From an uncultured delta proteobacterium (GTDB lineage Bacteria > Myxococcota > Myxococcia > Myxococcales > Anaeromyxobacteraceae), in assembly GCA_963845515.1 (NCBI GenBank), contig CAWJSR010000020.1:32001-96000 (forward strand): 64,000 nt of DNA, in the 5' to 3' direction. The notes under the pieces are model-generated. The model saw only the letters and a program-made list of their open reading frames with translations. It was not told the origin of the DNA and made no database searches. Position numbers and translations under genes: made by a program. This document shows positions 31,006 to 41,080 of this stretch, in pieces; position 1 is the first letter of the stretch; every line of letters begins with the position of its first letter.

Positions 31006-32622
31006 ATGGAAGCCGGGCGCGAGGGGGGTCGGGGCGGCGGCGGCTCCGGGGGCGAGCCGGTCCGTGTCGGGCGGGCTGCCTGGATCTCCGCAGCCACGAT
31101 GGTCTCGCGCGTGCTCGGGCTGGCGCGCGACCAGCTCTTCGCCATCCTGATCGGCGCCAACCGGTTCTCCGACGCCTTCGTCGTCGCCTTCCGCATCCCG
31201 AACCTGCTCCGCGACCTCTTCGCGGAGGGGGCGCTCTCCTCGGCCTTCGTGCCGACCTTCGCCGAGCACCGGCGCAACCGTGGCCCCGAGGCGGCGGTCG
31301 CGCTGGCGAACGCCGTGGCGGGGGGCATCCTCCTCGTCGTCGGCGCGCTGACCCTCGCCGGGATGCTGTGGGCGGGGCCGCTCGTCGCCGCCATCGCCCC
31401 GGGCTACGCGCCGGAGCAGGCGCTCCTCGCCGCCCGACTCACCCGGATCATGATGCCGTTCCTCCTCCTCGTCTCGCTGGCGGCGCTGGCGATGGGGATG
31501 CTCAACGCGCAGGGACGCTTCACCGCGCCGGCGCTCGCGCCGGCCCTCTTCAACGTCGGCTCCATCGCGGTCGGGCTGGGGCTCTGGGCTGCCGGCTGGC
31601 CGCCCGAGCGGGCGGTGGTGGGCTGGTCGGTGGGCACCCTCCTGGGCGGCGCGCTGCAGCTCGCGGCGCAGCTGCCGTCGCTGCGCGCCGCCGGCTACCG
31701 GTTCAAGCTGGTGGTCGGGCGCGCGGCGCTGTCGCAGCCTGGAGTGCGTCGGATCGGGAAGCTCATGGCGGCCGCGCTCGTCGGGCTCTCGGCGACGCAG
31801 GTGAACATCCTCGTGAACACGATCTTCGCCTCGCACGAGGTGGGCGCCAACACCTGGCTCCAGATGGCCTTCCGGCTCATGCAGCTGCCGCTCGGCGTCT
31901 TCGGAGTCGCCATCGCCACGGTGGCGGGCGCCGGCGTCGCCCAGCAGGCGGCTGCGCGCGACCTGCCCGGCGTCAACCGTACCCTGGGCGCGGCGATGCG
32001 GATGGTCGCCTTCCTCAACGTCCCCTCCGCGGTCGGCCTGATGGTCCTCGCGGGCCCCATCATCTCGCTCGTCTACGAGCACGGCCGCTTCGGCGCGTCG
32101 GACACGGCGGCCACCGCCCAGGCGCTCGTCTTCTACGCCGCCGGCCTCTACGCCTACTCGGCGGTGAAGGTCTTCGCGCCGGCCTGGTACGCGCTCGACA
32201 ACGCCCGCGTCCCGGTGATCGGGAGCGTGCTCGGCATGGTGGCCAACGTCGCGCTCAACGTCACGCTCTACCCGGTGCTCGGGTACAGGGGCGTGGCGCT
32301 GGGCACCTCGCTCGCCGCAGGCGCCAACTTCGCCGTGCTGGCCATCGCGTGGAGGAAGAGCCACGGCGCCCTCGCCGAGGCGGGGCTCCTGCGCCACCTC
32401 GCGCGCGTCCTGGCGGCCTCGGCCGTGCTTGCGCTCGTCGCGTGGGGCGCGGCGAAGGGGCTCGCCGCGGTCCTCCCCGACGAGGGCCTGGGTCGCCAGT
32501 TCACCCTCGCGCTGCTCCCGATCGCGGCGGGCGGCCTCGCCTACCTCGCGGTGGCGAAGGCGTTGGGGATCCCGGAGCTGGAGGAGCTGGCTGGGGTGCT
32601 GAGGAGGCGCGCGCGGCGGTGA
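31006..32622 (+). CDS. murJ: Lipid II flippase MurJ (MviN)
   Basis: SRVLGLARD, DAFVVAFRIPNLLRDLFAEGALSSAFVP, RLMQLPLGVFG. Confidence 0.95.
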   Translation: MEAGREGGRGGGGSGGEPVRVGRAAWISAATMVSRVLGLARDQLFAILIGANRFSDAFVVAFRIPNLLRDLFAEGALSSAFVPTFAEHRRNRGPEAAVALANAVAGGILLVVGALTLAGMLWAGPLVAAIAPGYAPEQALLAARLTRIMMPFLLLVSLAALAMGMLNAQGRFTAPALAPALFNVGSIAVGLGLWAAGWPPERAVVGWSVGTLLGGALQLAAQLPSLRAAGYRFKLVVGRAALSQPGVRRIGKLMAAALVGLSATQVNILVNTIFASHEVGANTWLQMAFRLMQLPLGVFGVAIATVAGAGVAQQAAARDLPGVNRTLGAAMRMVAFLNVPSAVGLMVLAGPIISLVYEHGRFGASDTAATAQALVFYAAGLYAYSAVKVFAPAWYALDNARVPVIGSVLGMVANVALNVTLYPVLGYRGVALGTSLAAGANFAVLAIAWRKSHGALAEAGLLRHLARVLAASAVLALVAWGAAKGLAAVLPDEGLGRQFTLALLPIAAGGLAYLAVAKALGIPELEELAGVLRRRARR

Positions 32623-34598
32623 CGCCTGCAGCGCCGCCCGCGCCCGGTGCGCCCTCCGCGAGCGGTGGCGCTGCGCGCCCGTCCGGGCGGTGGGGCTGGA
32701 TCGCGCTCGCCTTCCCCCTCGCGCTCGCGGCGGCAGCGTACGCCCGCACGCTCGGCGGGCCGCTGGTGTTCGACGACGTCGGAGCCATCGCGGACAACAC
32801 CGCCATCAAGGATCTGGGCCGGTTCATCTCGGAGCGCCTGCTCCCCATGACCCTCGCTGGCGATCGCTCCCTGACGAACCTCACCTTCGCGGTCAACTAC
32901 GCAGTCGGGCGCCTGGAGCCCTGGAACTACCACCTCACCAACGTGGCGATCCACTTCGCGGTGGTGGTGCTCGTCTTCGCGTTCACGGCCCGCACCGCCA
33001 GCCTCGCCGGCGTGGTTCGTGAGCGACCGCTCGCCCTCGCGGTCGCGGGGACGTTCGCGCTCCATCCGATCCAGACCGAGGCGGTCTCGTACGTGGTGCA
33101 GCGGGCCGAGTCGCTCGCGTCGGGGCTCTACCTCGCCGTGCTGCTGCTCCTGCTCGCCGCCGAGCGGCTGTGGGCCACGCGCCGCGGCGCCGTCGCGTGG
33201 GCGGCGGCGGTCGTTGCCTTCGCCGCTGGGCTGGCGGCGAAGACGATCGTCCTGACGGCCCCGGCGGCCCACCTGCTGGTGGCGGCCGTCGTCGCGGGGA
33301 CGCCCGCCGCGAGCCGGGAGCTGGTCTCCTGGCGCCGCCGGCTGCTCCTCGTCGCGCCGCTCCTCGCGCTGGGCGCGGCGCAGGCCGCGGCCACCGTCGC
33401 CGGCCTCTCGGGGAGCACCGGCGCCGGCTTCGGGTTGCAGGGCCTGCCGCCCTCCGCCTACCTCGCCACCCAGGCACGGGTGTTGCCCGTCTACCTCCGC
33501 CTCCTCGCGTGGCCCACCGGCCAGAACGTCACCTGGGACTTCCCGGTCTCGCAGGGCCTCCGCGATCCGGGCGTCGCCTCGTCGGCGGCGCTCCTGCTCG
33601 GGCTGGGGCTGGGCGCCCTGGCGCTCGCCCGCTGGGCGCGGGCACGCGCCGACGCTGACGGCGCCGCCGCGCGCCTGGCCGCGCTGGGCGTCGCGTGGTT
33701 CTTCCTCGTGCTGTCCGTCACCTCCAGCGTCGTGCCGCTCGTGGACGTGCTGGTCGAGCACCGGCTCTACCTGGCCTCCTGGGGCGTCTTCGTGGCGGTC
33801 TGGGCCTCGGCGGGGCGGGCGTGCGCGCGCCTGGGGGACCGCGGTGGCTGGGGCGCCGCGGCAGTGGTCGCCGCGGTCTGGTGCGCCCTCGCGGTGGTGA
33901 CGCATCAGCGGAACGCGGTCTGGGAGTCGAGCGAGGCTCTCTGGCGGGATGCGGTGGGGAAGTCGCCCGGCAAGGCCGTCACATACCTGTCGCTCGGTGA
34001 GGAGCTGCGCCGCCAGCGCCGCTACGCGGAGGCGATCCCGGTCCTGGTCGCCGGGGTGGAGCGCGCCGAGGGCGGCTCCGATCTCGAGCTGAGGCTGCTC
34101 AACAACCTGGGGGTCGCCTACAGCTTCGAGGGACGCATCGCAGAGGCCGCCTCGATGTTCCGGTTCGCCCTCGCGAAGGCGCCGGGCGACTCGATGCTCC
34201 TGGGCAACCTCGCCTCCGCGTTCCTCACCCTCGGCGACCTGGACGGCGCGGAGCAGCTGGCGCTCCGCGCCATCGCCGCCGACCCGTCGATCGCGAAGGC
34301 CAGGTCGACCGCCAACGCATGGGGCACCGTCGCGGCGGCGAGGCTCGGGCGCGGCGATCCCGGCGGCGCGCTGGAGGCCACCCGGCGCGCCCTCGAGATC
34401 CATCCCGACCTCGGGATCGCGTTCTACAACCGCGGGCGAGCGCTCGCTGCCCTCGGACGCGCGCAGGAGGCGTGCGCCGCGTGGCGGGAGGCCGTCTCCC
34501 TGCCGCTCAACGACTGGGCGCGCAGCCAGGCCGAAGGGCGCCTGGCCAGCCGGTGCTCCCCCGGGGATCCCGCCACCTACCAGGGCGCCGGGCGGTAG
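32619..34598 (+). CDS. TMTC-like GT-C membrane glycosyltransferase with C-terminal TPRs
   Basis: FDD after TM1, YHLTNVAIH, FALHPIQTEAVSYVVQRAE, EHRLYL, then TPRs; GTGA overlap with murJ. Confidence 0.8.
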   Translation: MTPAAPPAPGAPSASGGAARPSGRWGWIALAFPLALAAAAYARTLGGPLVFDDVGAIADNTAIKDLGRFISERLLPMTLAGDRSLTNLTFAVNYAVGRLEPWNYHLTNVAIHFAVVVLVFAFTARTASLAGVVRERPLALAVAGTFALHPIQTEAVSYVVQRAESLASGLYLAVLLLLLAAERLWATRRGAVAWAAAVVAFAAGLAAKTIVLTAPAAHLLVAAVVAGTPAASRELVSWRRRLLLVAPLLALGAAQAAATVAGLSGSTGAGFGLQGLPPSAYLATQARVLPVYLRLLAWPTGQNVTWDFPVSQGLRDPGVASSAALLLGLGLGALALARWARARADADGAAARLAALGVAWFFLVLSVTSSVVPLVDVLVEHRLYLASWGVFVAVWASAGRACARLGDRGGWGAAAVVAAVWCALAVVTHQRNAVWESSEALWRDAVGKSPGKAVTYLSLGEELRRQRRYAEAIPVLVAGVERAEGGSDLELRLLNNLGVAYSFEGRIAEAASMFRFALAKAPGDSMLLGNLASAFLTLGDLDGAEQLALRAIAADPSIAKARSTANAWGTVAAARLGRGDPGGALEATRRALEIHPDLGIAFYNRGRALAALGRAQEACAAWREAVSLPLNDWARSQAEGRLASRCSPGDPATYQGAGR

Positions 34599-36232
34599 TC
34601 CTTGTAGAAGTGGCCTGCCTGGTGCTTCCCGGTCTGGAAGCCCTCGAAGATGGGGGCGACGATGCGGGCCGCGCCGTCGACCACGTCGAGCGGCGGGCTG
34701 AAGGCCTGCTCCTCGGCCTTGCGCGCCGCGATGTGGGCCGGATCCTCGTCGGTCACCCAGCCGGTGTCCACGGCGTTGAGGAAGATGCCGTCCTTCTGGA
34801 GGTCCGGCGCGCTCGTCCGGACGAGCATGTTGAGCGCCGCCTTGGCCATGTTCGTGTGCGGGTGCCGGTCGGTCTTCAGCGCCCGGTAGAACTGTCCTTC
34901 CATCGCGCTCACCAGGACCACGTGGCGGGCGGCGTCGGCGCTCGTCGCGGTTCGCGGCGGGGGCGTCGCCGAGCGGAGCATGAGGGGCTTCAGGCGGGCG
35001 GTCATGACGAAGGGGGCCGTGGCGTTGACCAGGAGGACCTCCAGGAGCTCGAGCGTCGGCACCTCGTGGAGCGGAAGGCGCCAGGAGTTGTGGGCGCGCA
35101 GGTCCACCTGCTGGAGGTCCTGGTCGAGGATCCCCTTCGGGAAGATCTCCAGCGCCCCCGGGGCTGCCCCGGCGAGGAGGAGGTCGGCCGCGGAGGGGGC
35201 CTGAGAGAGCAGGGCGGAGCTCGTCAGGCCGGCTGCGCTCCGGCGCCCGGCGTGCTCGGCACGCAGCGCCTCGTCGCTCCGGAGCAGCTGCTGGACGGCC
35301 GGCGTGAGCGCGGCCGCTGGCTGGTGCTCGTCGTCGAGGAGGTGGGCGTAGAAGCCGGGCGGGCGGCGCACGGTCTGGCAGGCGTTGTGGATCTGGAAGT
35401 CGAGGCGAGGGAGCGTCCCGTCGAGCCAATGGCAGAGGTGCTCGACGCTCGGCGTGTGGCGCAGGTCGACGCCGTGGATGAGGAGCCGGTCCCGCCAGCC
35501 CTCGAAGTCCGGCTCGCGGGCGTAGCGGGCCGCGGCGTCGCGCGGAAAGCGGGTGCAGGCGACCACCGTGCACCCGGCACGAAGGAGCAGGATGGCCGCC
35601 TGGTAGCCGATCTTCACGCGGGCGCCGGTGACCAGGGCGACGCGACCACGGAGGTCGGCGGTAGGCGCGCGCCGCGCCTCGTTCTCGTCGCCGCAAGCAG
35701 GGCAGAGCTGGTCGTAGAAGCGGTGGATGAGGCGGTACTCCCGCTTGCACACGTAGCACCGTCGGGGCGCGTTGAGCTCTGGACCAGCGGTCGCGCCCGG
35801 CGCCGCCGCGCCCTCCGCCACGGACCCGGGCAGGACGGGCCACCAGCCCGAGGCGTCGGTGCCGCGTGGCGGCATGGGCGGGAACGGCGCCAGGAATACC
35901 GGCTCCTCCCTGAGGCGACGGATCCCGCTGGAGCGGCGCAGCGCCTCGTCCCCTTCCTTCCGCGCAAGCTGGGTGTTGCGCAGCATCGTCTTCTGGAGCC
36001 GCTTGCGCGCCTTGAGGTCCGGCCGGGCGAGCTCGCCGGCGAACCGCTGGAGTGAGCTCCTGGTGGCTGCGTCCACCGTCGCCAGGAGGGCGCGGTCCCC
36101 GACGACGGCAGCGAGGATCCGCGCCGCGGCTTCGATGTCCGCGGCCGAAGGCGCCGCCGCGGGCTCTGCGGCGGCGGAGGGTTCGGCGGCAGGTGGGGAG
36201 GGATCCTTCTCGGCGTGGTCGGCGCTGTGCAC
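34577..36232 (-). CDS. SDR-family oxidoreductase with N-terminal CxxC...CxxC module
   Basis: CYVCK...CPAC; TGARVKIG; HNACQT; HTNMAKAALN; DTGWV. Confidence 0.85.
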   Translation of the reverse strand: MHSADHAEKDPSPPAAEPSAAAEPAAAPSAADIEAAARILAAVVGDRALLATVDAATRSSLQRFAGELARPDLKARKRLQKTMLRNTQLARKEGDEALRRSSGIRRLREEPVFLAPFPPMPPRGTDASGWWPVLPGSVAEGAAAPGATAGPELNAPRRCYVCKREYRLIHRFYDQLCPACGDENEARRAPTADLRGRVALVTGARVKIGYQAAILLLRAGCTVVACTRFPRDAAARYAREPDFEGWRDRLLIHGVDLRHTPSVEHLCHWLDGTLPRLDFQIHNACQTVRRPPGFYAHLLDDEHQPAAALTPAVQQLLRSDEALRAEHAGRRSAAGLTSSALLSQAPSAADLLLAGAAPGALEIFPKGILDQDLQQVDLRAHNSWRLPLHEVPTLELLEVLLVNATAPFVMTARLKPLMLRSATPPPRTATSADAARHVVLVSAMEGQFYRALKTDRHPHTNMAKAALNMLVRTSAPDLQKDGIFLNAVDTGWVTDEDPAHIAARKAEEQAFSPPLDVVDGAARIVAPIFEGFQTGKHQAGHFYKDYRPAPW

Positions 36233-36294
36233 GCGCCTTCCATACCCGTTGAGCGCCGCGGCGGGTAGGGGGGAGGGCGAAGGGGGGAGCGGAC

Positions 36295-38019
36295 CTACTG
36301 ACCCCGGCCGAGCGCCGCGGCGGCCGCCGAGGCCGCCGACGCGCGCGCCTTCTCGGGCTCGGACGGCGCGCCCTCCTCGAGGAGCTGGCTGGCGATCGCG
36401 AGCGCCTTCTTCGTCTTCTCGCGGACCTTCTCGTCGTTCTTGATCTTGAGGTACGCCTTGACGACGCGCTCCTCGTTCTTCGAGGCCTGCGCCTCCAGCT
36501 CCTGGACCCGCTTCTTCAGCTCGGCGGTCCGCTTCTCGACCTCGCCGCGGGCCCCCTCGGCCTCGCCGCGGGCGACGATCAGCTCGGTCTTCAGCTCGTC
36601 CACCTCGCGCTCGAGCGTCTCGACGGCGCCGAGGCGGGCCTCGGCCTCGTCCGCGCGGCGCCGCTCGTCGTCGACCGCTGCCTCCGCCTCCTCGGCACGA
36701 CGCCGGGCGCGGATGGCCTCGTCGCGCGCGGTCTTGATGTCCGACTCCAGCCGCTTGGACTGGGAGAGGGTCGCGTCGAGCCGGCTCTTCGCGGCAGCGG
36801 CCTGCGACTCGGCGGCGGCGAGGCGCGACGAGGCCTCGCTCGCGCGCTTCTCCGCGGCCGCCGCGCGCTGATCGTTCTCGTCCGACCGCCGCTCGGCGTC
36901 GGACGCCCGGTCGTCGAGCTCGCGCAGCCGGGACTCGAGGTCCTCGATCTTCGAGTCCTTGCGGGCCAGCTCGCGCTCCAGGCGGGCGGAGTCGCCGCCG
37001 CCTGCGCTCGAGAGCGACTCCCCCACGGCCCTCATGCGCACCGTGTCCGCGGGGGCACGGATGGTCGGGCGGCTCGGCGGCAGCTCCGGCTCCTCCTCCG
37101 GCTCCTCCTCCGGCGCAGCGCCGAGCCCCAGGTCGGGGCCGAGCCCTCCGAGGAGGTCGCGCTCCAGGTCCGCGTCCGGCTCGAGCCCATGCTCGCCGCC
37201 GCCGAGGGATCCGAGCGCGTCGTCCGCGACCATGTCCAGCCCGCCGAGCGCGGCGCGCGCCGCAGCGTCGTCCTCTTCGGGGAGGGAGGCAGCGGCTGCG
37301 TCCACGTCCTCTGCGGAGACGGGCGACTCGTCCTCGAGGTCGAACGCGGTGGCGGCCCGGCGCGGCGCTGCCCTCGTGGGCGGCGCGGCTGCGTCCGGGT
37401 CCGAGAGCCCCTCGAACGCCTCGTCCAGCAGCCTGAGGTCGTCCTCGATCCCGGGCGAACGCGCGCCGGTGGGGCCGTCGTCGGGCAGGGAGCCCAGGTC
37501 GAGCGCAGGCAGATCATCGCCGCCCAGCGGCTCGCCGCCGAGCTGCTCGATCCCGGCCTCCTCCTCGAGCGCGACGAGCTCCTCCTCCTCCTCGTCCCCG
37601 GCGGGCTCCTCCGACTCCGGGAGCGGCTCCTCACCGCTGACGTCGGGGAGCTCGATGAAGGCGCCAAGCGAGGCCAGGAGCGCGGTCGGCGTGAAGGGCT
37701 TGAGGAGGTAGTCCTCGGCGCGCACCTTGAGCGTCCTGTGCTTCTCGAAGGTCTCCGGGGTCGCCTCTGCGCTCGTGATGACGAGCGGGATCGACTTGAG
37801 CACCTCGTCCTTCTTGAGCTTCTGGCAGATGACGTAGCCGGACATGCCGGGCAGCTCGACGCACAGGACGATCGCGTCCGGCCCCCACTCCCTCGCGAGC
37901 TCGTACCCCTCCCGCCCGTCCTCGGTCGTGCGGACCTCGAGGCCGCGCGCCTCCAGCGCGGAGGTGACCTCCTCCGCGAAGGGCGCGTCGCTCTCGATGA
38001 GGAGGATCTTCTTGGACAT
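36295..38019 (-). CDS. frzS: FrzS-like pseudo-receiver, acidic linker and coiled-coil protein
   Basis: MSKKILLIESD...VLCVEL (no phospho-Asp)...HRTLKVRAEDY; C-terminal NEERVVKAYLKIKNDEKVREKTKKALAIA resembles the Myxococcus FrzS tail as I recall it. Confidence 0.8.
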   Translation of the reverse strand: MSKKILLIESDAPFAEEVTSALEARGLEVRTTEDGREGYELAREWGPDAIVLCVELPGMSGYVICQKLKKDEVLKSIPLVITSAEATPETFEKHRTLKVRAEDYLLKPFTPTALLASLGAFIELPDVSGEEPLPESEEPAGDEEEEELVALEEEAGIEQLGGEPLGGDDLPALDLGSLPDDGPTGARSPGIEDDLRLLDEAFEGLSDPDAAAPPTRAAPRRAATAFDLEDESPVSAEDVDAAAASLPEEDDAAARAALGGLDMVADDALGSLGGGEHGLEPDADLERDLLGGLGPDLGLGAAPEEEPEEEPELPPSRPTIRAPADTVRMRAVGESLSSAGGGDSARLERELARKDSKIEDLESRLRELDDRASDAERRSDENDQRAAAAEKRASEASSRLAAAESQAAAAKSRLDATLSQSKRLESDIKTARDEAIRARRRAEEAEAAVDDERRRADEAEARLGAVETLEREVDELKTELIVARGEAEGARGEVEKRTAELKKRVQELEAQASKNEERVVKAYLKIKNDEKVREKTKKALAIASQLLEEGAPSEPEKARASAASAAAAALGRGQ

Positions 38020-38167
38020 GCTCTGACTCTCGGTCGGGAGGGCGCGCATGGTGGAGTCCCGGCGCAAAGCCCTCTGAAAATTCATGGAAATTTTACCGGC
38101 TGGTCCGGGCGGGTGTCAAAAATGGACCCAAAGCGCTATCAGCGCGCGGCGCGCCGAGGGGCGCGGT

Positions 38168-38986
38168 CTACCTTCCAGCCTGGGCGGTCGCCACGAGGCC
38201 GAAGAGGTCGTCCTCGTCCAGGTCGGAGACGAGCGAGTATACGATCTCGTCCTGTCGCCAGACCGCGACGTTGTAGCCGCGGGAGTTGGCGACGCGGACC
38301 ACCGAAGGGCCCACGCGCACCTCGCGGCCGGTGGGATGGAATCGCTGCTCGGGGTCGTCGACGATGAAGAGCCCCGCGTTGCCGCGCGGGAGCTGGTACC
38401 GGATGTAGGCGGCCGGCCACTCGCGTAGGTGCGAGAGGCGCGCGCCGACGACCTTCACGCCGTCCTTGCGGAAATTCGGGGGGGAGGGCCTGAAGTCGAG
38501 CTTCCCGGCGAACCAGCCGGGGATCGCGTCGGCGCCGCCCACGCCCGCGGCGGTCACCTCGAGCGGCAGGTCGCGGTTGTGCTTCCGGACCGCCTCGTCG
38601 AGGAGCATGTCCGGACCGCCGCGCGTGGCGAGCACGACGAGGACGCCTGCGGCGCATGCGGCCACCGTGGCGAGCGGCACGGGCGCCAAGACCCGGCGCC
38701 AGAGCGGACGTCGCTGACGGGCGAGCTGCTGCTCGATCCGCGCCCGGAGCGCTGCCGGGGCGCGTCCCGCCGGGGTCCCTGCCCCCATCGCATCGCGCAG
38801 CCTGGCCCGGACGGCGTCGCGAACGCTGGCGCGCGCCTCGGCGCGTCCGCGGCACGACGCGCACGCGGCGAGGTGCGCGTCGGCCTCCGCCCGGTCCGCC
38901 CGGTCGAACTCTCCGTCCAGGTACGCCTCCAGCGAGCGCTCCAGCTCGGCGCAGTCGATGGGGGAGGGTTCGTTGCGCGCGGACAT
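38168..38986 (-). CDS. Transmembrane zf-HC2 anti-sigma factor
   Basis: YLDGE...HLAACASC; TM helix; periplasmic domain. Confidence 0.88.
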   Translation of the reverse strand: MSARNEPSPIDCAELERSLEAYLDGEFDRADRAEADAHLAACASCRGRAEARASVRDAVRARLRDAMGAGTPAGRAPAALRARIEQQLARQRRPLWRRVLAPVPLATVAACAAGVLVVLATRGGPDMLLDEAVRKHNRDLPLEVTAAGVGGADAIPGWFAGKLDFRPSPPNFRKDGVKVVGARLSHLREWPAAYIRYQLPRGNAGLFIVDDPEQRFHPTGREVRVGPSVVRVANSRGYNVAVWRQDEIVYSLVSDLDEDDLFGLVATAQAGR

Positions 38987-38995
38987 GATCGTGGC

Positions 38996-39625
38996 TCAGT
39001 CGGCGCTGGCGCGCCGGCGCCGGTAGGAGTCGAGGTCGATCTTCTCGCCTCCGGGGGATTCGCCGAGGATGCCCGAGGCGGCAGCGTAGCTCGCGAGGGA
39101 GCGCTGGAGGTGGCGGCGCCCGCGGAAGAGTCGGCTCATGACGGTGCCGACCGGGACGTCGAGGATGTCGGCGATCTCCTTGTAGGAAAAGTCGTGTATG
39201 TCCGCGAGGATGACCACCATGCGGAAGTCGATCGGGACGGCGTCGATCGCCTCGAGTACCTCCGCGGAGACGAGCCGGTCCAGCATCGCCCGCTCGGGGT
39301 TCTCCGCCTTGTCGGCCGCGTCGGGCGAGTGGAACTGGTCGGTTACCATCTCCCGCTCTGGGCCGTCGACCAGGCTTCGCTCGCGGGTGGAGCGCCGGTA
39401 CTTGTTGATGAAGGTGTTGGTCAGGATCCGGAAGAGCCACGCCTTGAGGTTGGTCCCGGGCTCGAAGCGGTCGAGGAAGCGGCAGGCGCGGAGGAACGCG
39501 TCCTGGACCAGGTCCTCGGCGTCGCGAGGATCGCGCGTGAACCGGAGCGCCGAGGCGTAGAGGGCGTCGAGGTGCTGCAGCGCCTCTGCCTCGAACTCCT
39601 CTCGGCTCAGGGTCTTTCGGCTCAT
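38996..39625 (-). CDS. ECF sigma factor, SigR/SigH (ECF12)-like (RpoE1-type)
   Basis: [10 protein letters not shown]...[43 protein letters not shown]. Confidence 0.92.
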   Translation of the reverse strand: MSRKTLSREEFEAEALQHLDALYASALRFTRDPRDAEDLVQDAFLRACRFLDRFEPGTNLKAWLFRILTNTFINKYRRSTRERSLVDGPEREMVTDQFHSPDAADKAENPERAMLDRLVSAEVLEAIDAVPIDFRMVVILADIHDFSYKEIADILDVPVGTVMSRLFRGRRHLQRSLASYAAASGILGESPGGEKIDLDSYRRRRASAD

Positions 39626-39672
39626 CGGTCCTCTCTGGCGGTTCCGCGGCTCACGACGGTCTCGTGAGCTTC

Positions 39673-39698
39673 AACAGCCGCCCTCCCGCACGGATTCC
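39673..39698 (-). promoter_or_regulatory. SigR-type ECF promoter GGAAT-N18-GTT (autoregulatory candidate)
   Basis: Minus strand GGAAT ccgtgcgggagggcggct GTT, about 47 nt upstream of the sigma ATG. Confidence 0.7.
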
Positions 39699-39766
39699 CG
39701 TGGTCTCTGGGGATTGTAGCGATGCCTCGCCCTCCCCACCATGGTATGCAGCGCCCGAAGGAAGCC

Positions 39767-41080
39767 ATGGCCCGTCTACTCTTCGCCGACGACAAGGGGG
39801 TCGTCTACGACCACCCGACCCTCCGCGCCGCCGTGCGGTCGGGCGACGATCTGCTCGAGCCGTCGGAGCGTCCGATCCGGCTCCCCGAGGGCTCGACGCT
39901 GGCCATGCTCCCGGGGCGGCGCCCCGTCGGGATCGATCCGGAGAGCGGCGAGCTCGTGGTCCTGGGCGAGGTGAGGCTCGGTCGTCGCACGATCGTCCCG
40001 CACGCGGTGGCGGCAACGCTCCCGCCCGGGTTCACGCGGACCCTGCTGCCGGCGGCGCGCCGGCCCGCGCTCGCCGTCGAAGCGATCCCGACCCTTCCCC
40101 AGTGGGCCTACACGGCTGCCGGCTTCGGCGAGGACGGCCCGGTCGCCTGGGCGCTCCACACGGATCGCCGGAGCCACTGGAGCGTCAGGAGCCACTCGAC
40201 CCCCGACCTCGAGGAGCGGGTGAACGCGCTCCTCGCGGAGAGCGCAAACCCCATCTACCGGCAGCTCGCGCGCTGCGCGCTCCACTGGTGCTGCTTCACC
40301 GCCCAGAACACCTTCTACCGTCGCGACGAGGGCGCCATCCCGTCGTCGGCCTCCTGCAACGCGCGCTGCATCGGCTGCCTCTCCGAGCAGGACGAGGGGA
40401 TGCCCCCCGCCTCCCACGAGCGGATCACGCGGGCGCCCTCGGCGGAGGAGATGGCCGACGTCGCGCTCCGCCACCTCACGAGCGCGTCGGGGCGGGTGAT
40501 GGTGAGCTTCGGCCAGGGGTGCGAGGGGGAGCCGCTCACGCGCTGGCGCGAGATCGAGCGGGCCATCCGGCTCGTCCGCGCCGGCACCCACCGTGGCTCG
40601 CTGCACGCGAACACCAACGGCTCGCTCCCCAGGGCGCTCGCCCGGCTGCTGGACGCCGGGCTCGACTCGGTCCGCGTCTCCCTCAACAGCGCCTCTCCGG
40701 ATCTGTACGCCGCGTGGTACCGGCCGCAGGGGTACCGGCTCGCCGACGTCGAGCGGTCGGTCAAGCTCGCCAGGGACCGGGGGGCGTACGTCGCGCTGAA
40801 CCTCCTGACCTTCCCGGGCGTCACCGACCGGGAGGAGGAGGCCGAGCGGCTCTGCGCGCTCGTCGCGCGGACCGGGGTGGACCAGGTACAGACGCGGCCG
40901 CTCGCGGTCGATCCGGACGTCTACATGGCGGTCGCGCGAGGGCGCGGTGGGGGCGGGCCGGCGGTCGGCATCCGGCGGCTCGTGAAGGAGCTGAAGCTGG
41001 CCCGGCCCGGGCTAGTGGTGGGAAACTTCTCGCGCGCCCGGCAGGAACGAGCAGCGAAGCGGAATGGGAGAGTGCGATGA
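39767..41080 (+). CDS. Radical SAM protein of unknown function
   Basis: CNARCIGC (CxxxCxxC); FGQGCEGEP; NTNGS. Confidence 0.88.
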   Translation: MARLLFADDKGVVYDHPTLRAAVRSGDDLLEPSERPIRLPEGSTLAMLPGRRPVGIDPESGELVVLGEVRLGRRTIVPHAVAATLPPGFTRTLLPAARRPALAVEAIPTLPQWAYTAAGFGEDGPVAWALHTDRRSHWSVRSHSTPDLEERVNALLAESANPIYRQLARCALHWCCFTAQNTFYRRDEGAIPSSASCNARCIGCLSEQDEGMPPASHERITRAPSAEEMADVALRHLTSASGRVMVSFGQGCEGEPLTRWREIERAIRLVRAGTHRGSLHANTNGSLPRALARLLDAGLDSVRVSLNSASPDLYAAWYRPQGYRLADVERSVKLARDRGAYVALNLLTFPGVTDREEEAERLCALVARTGVDQVQTRPLAVDPDVYMAVARGRGGGGPAVGIRRLVKELKLARPGLVVGNFSRARQERAAKRNGRVR

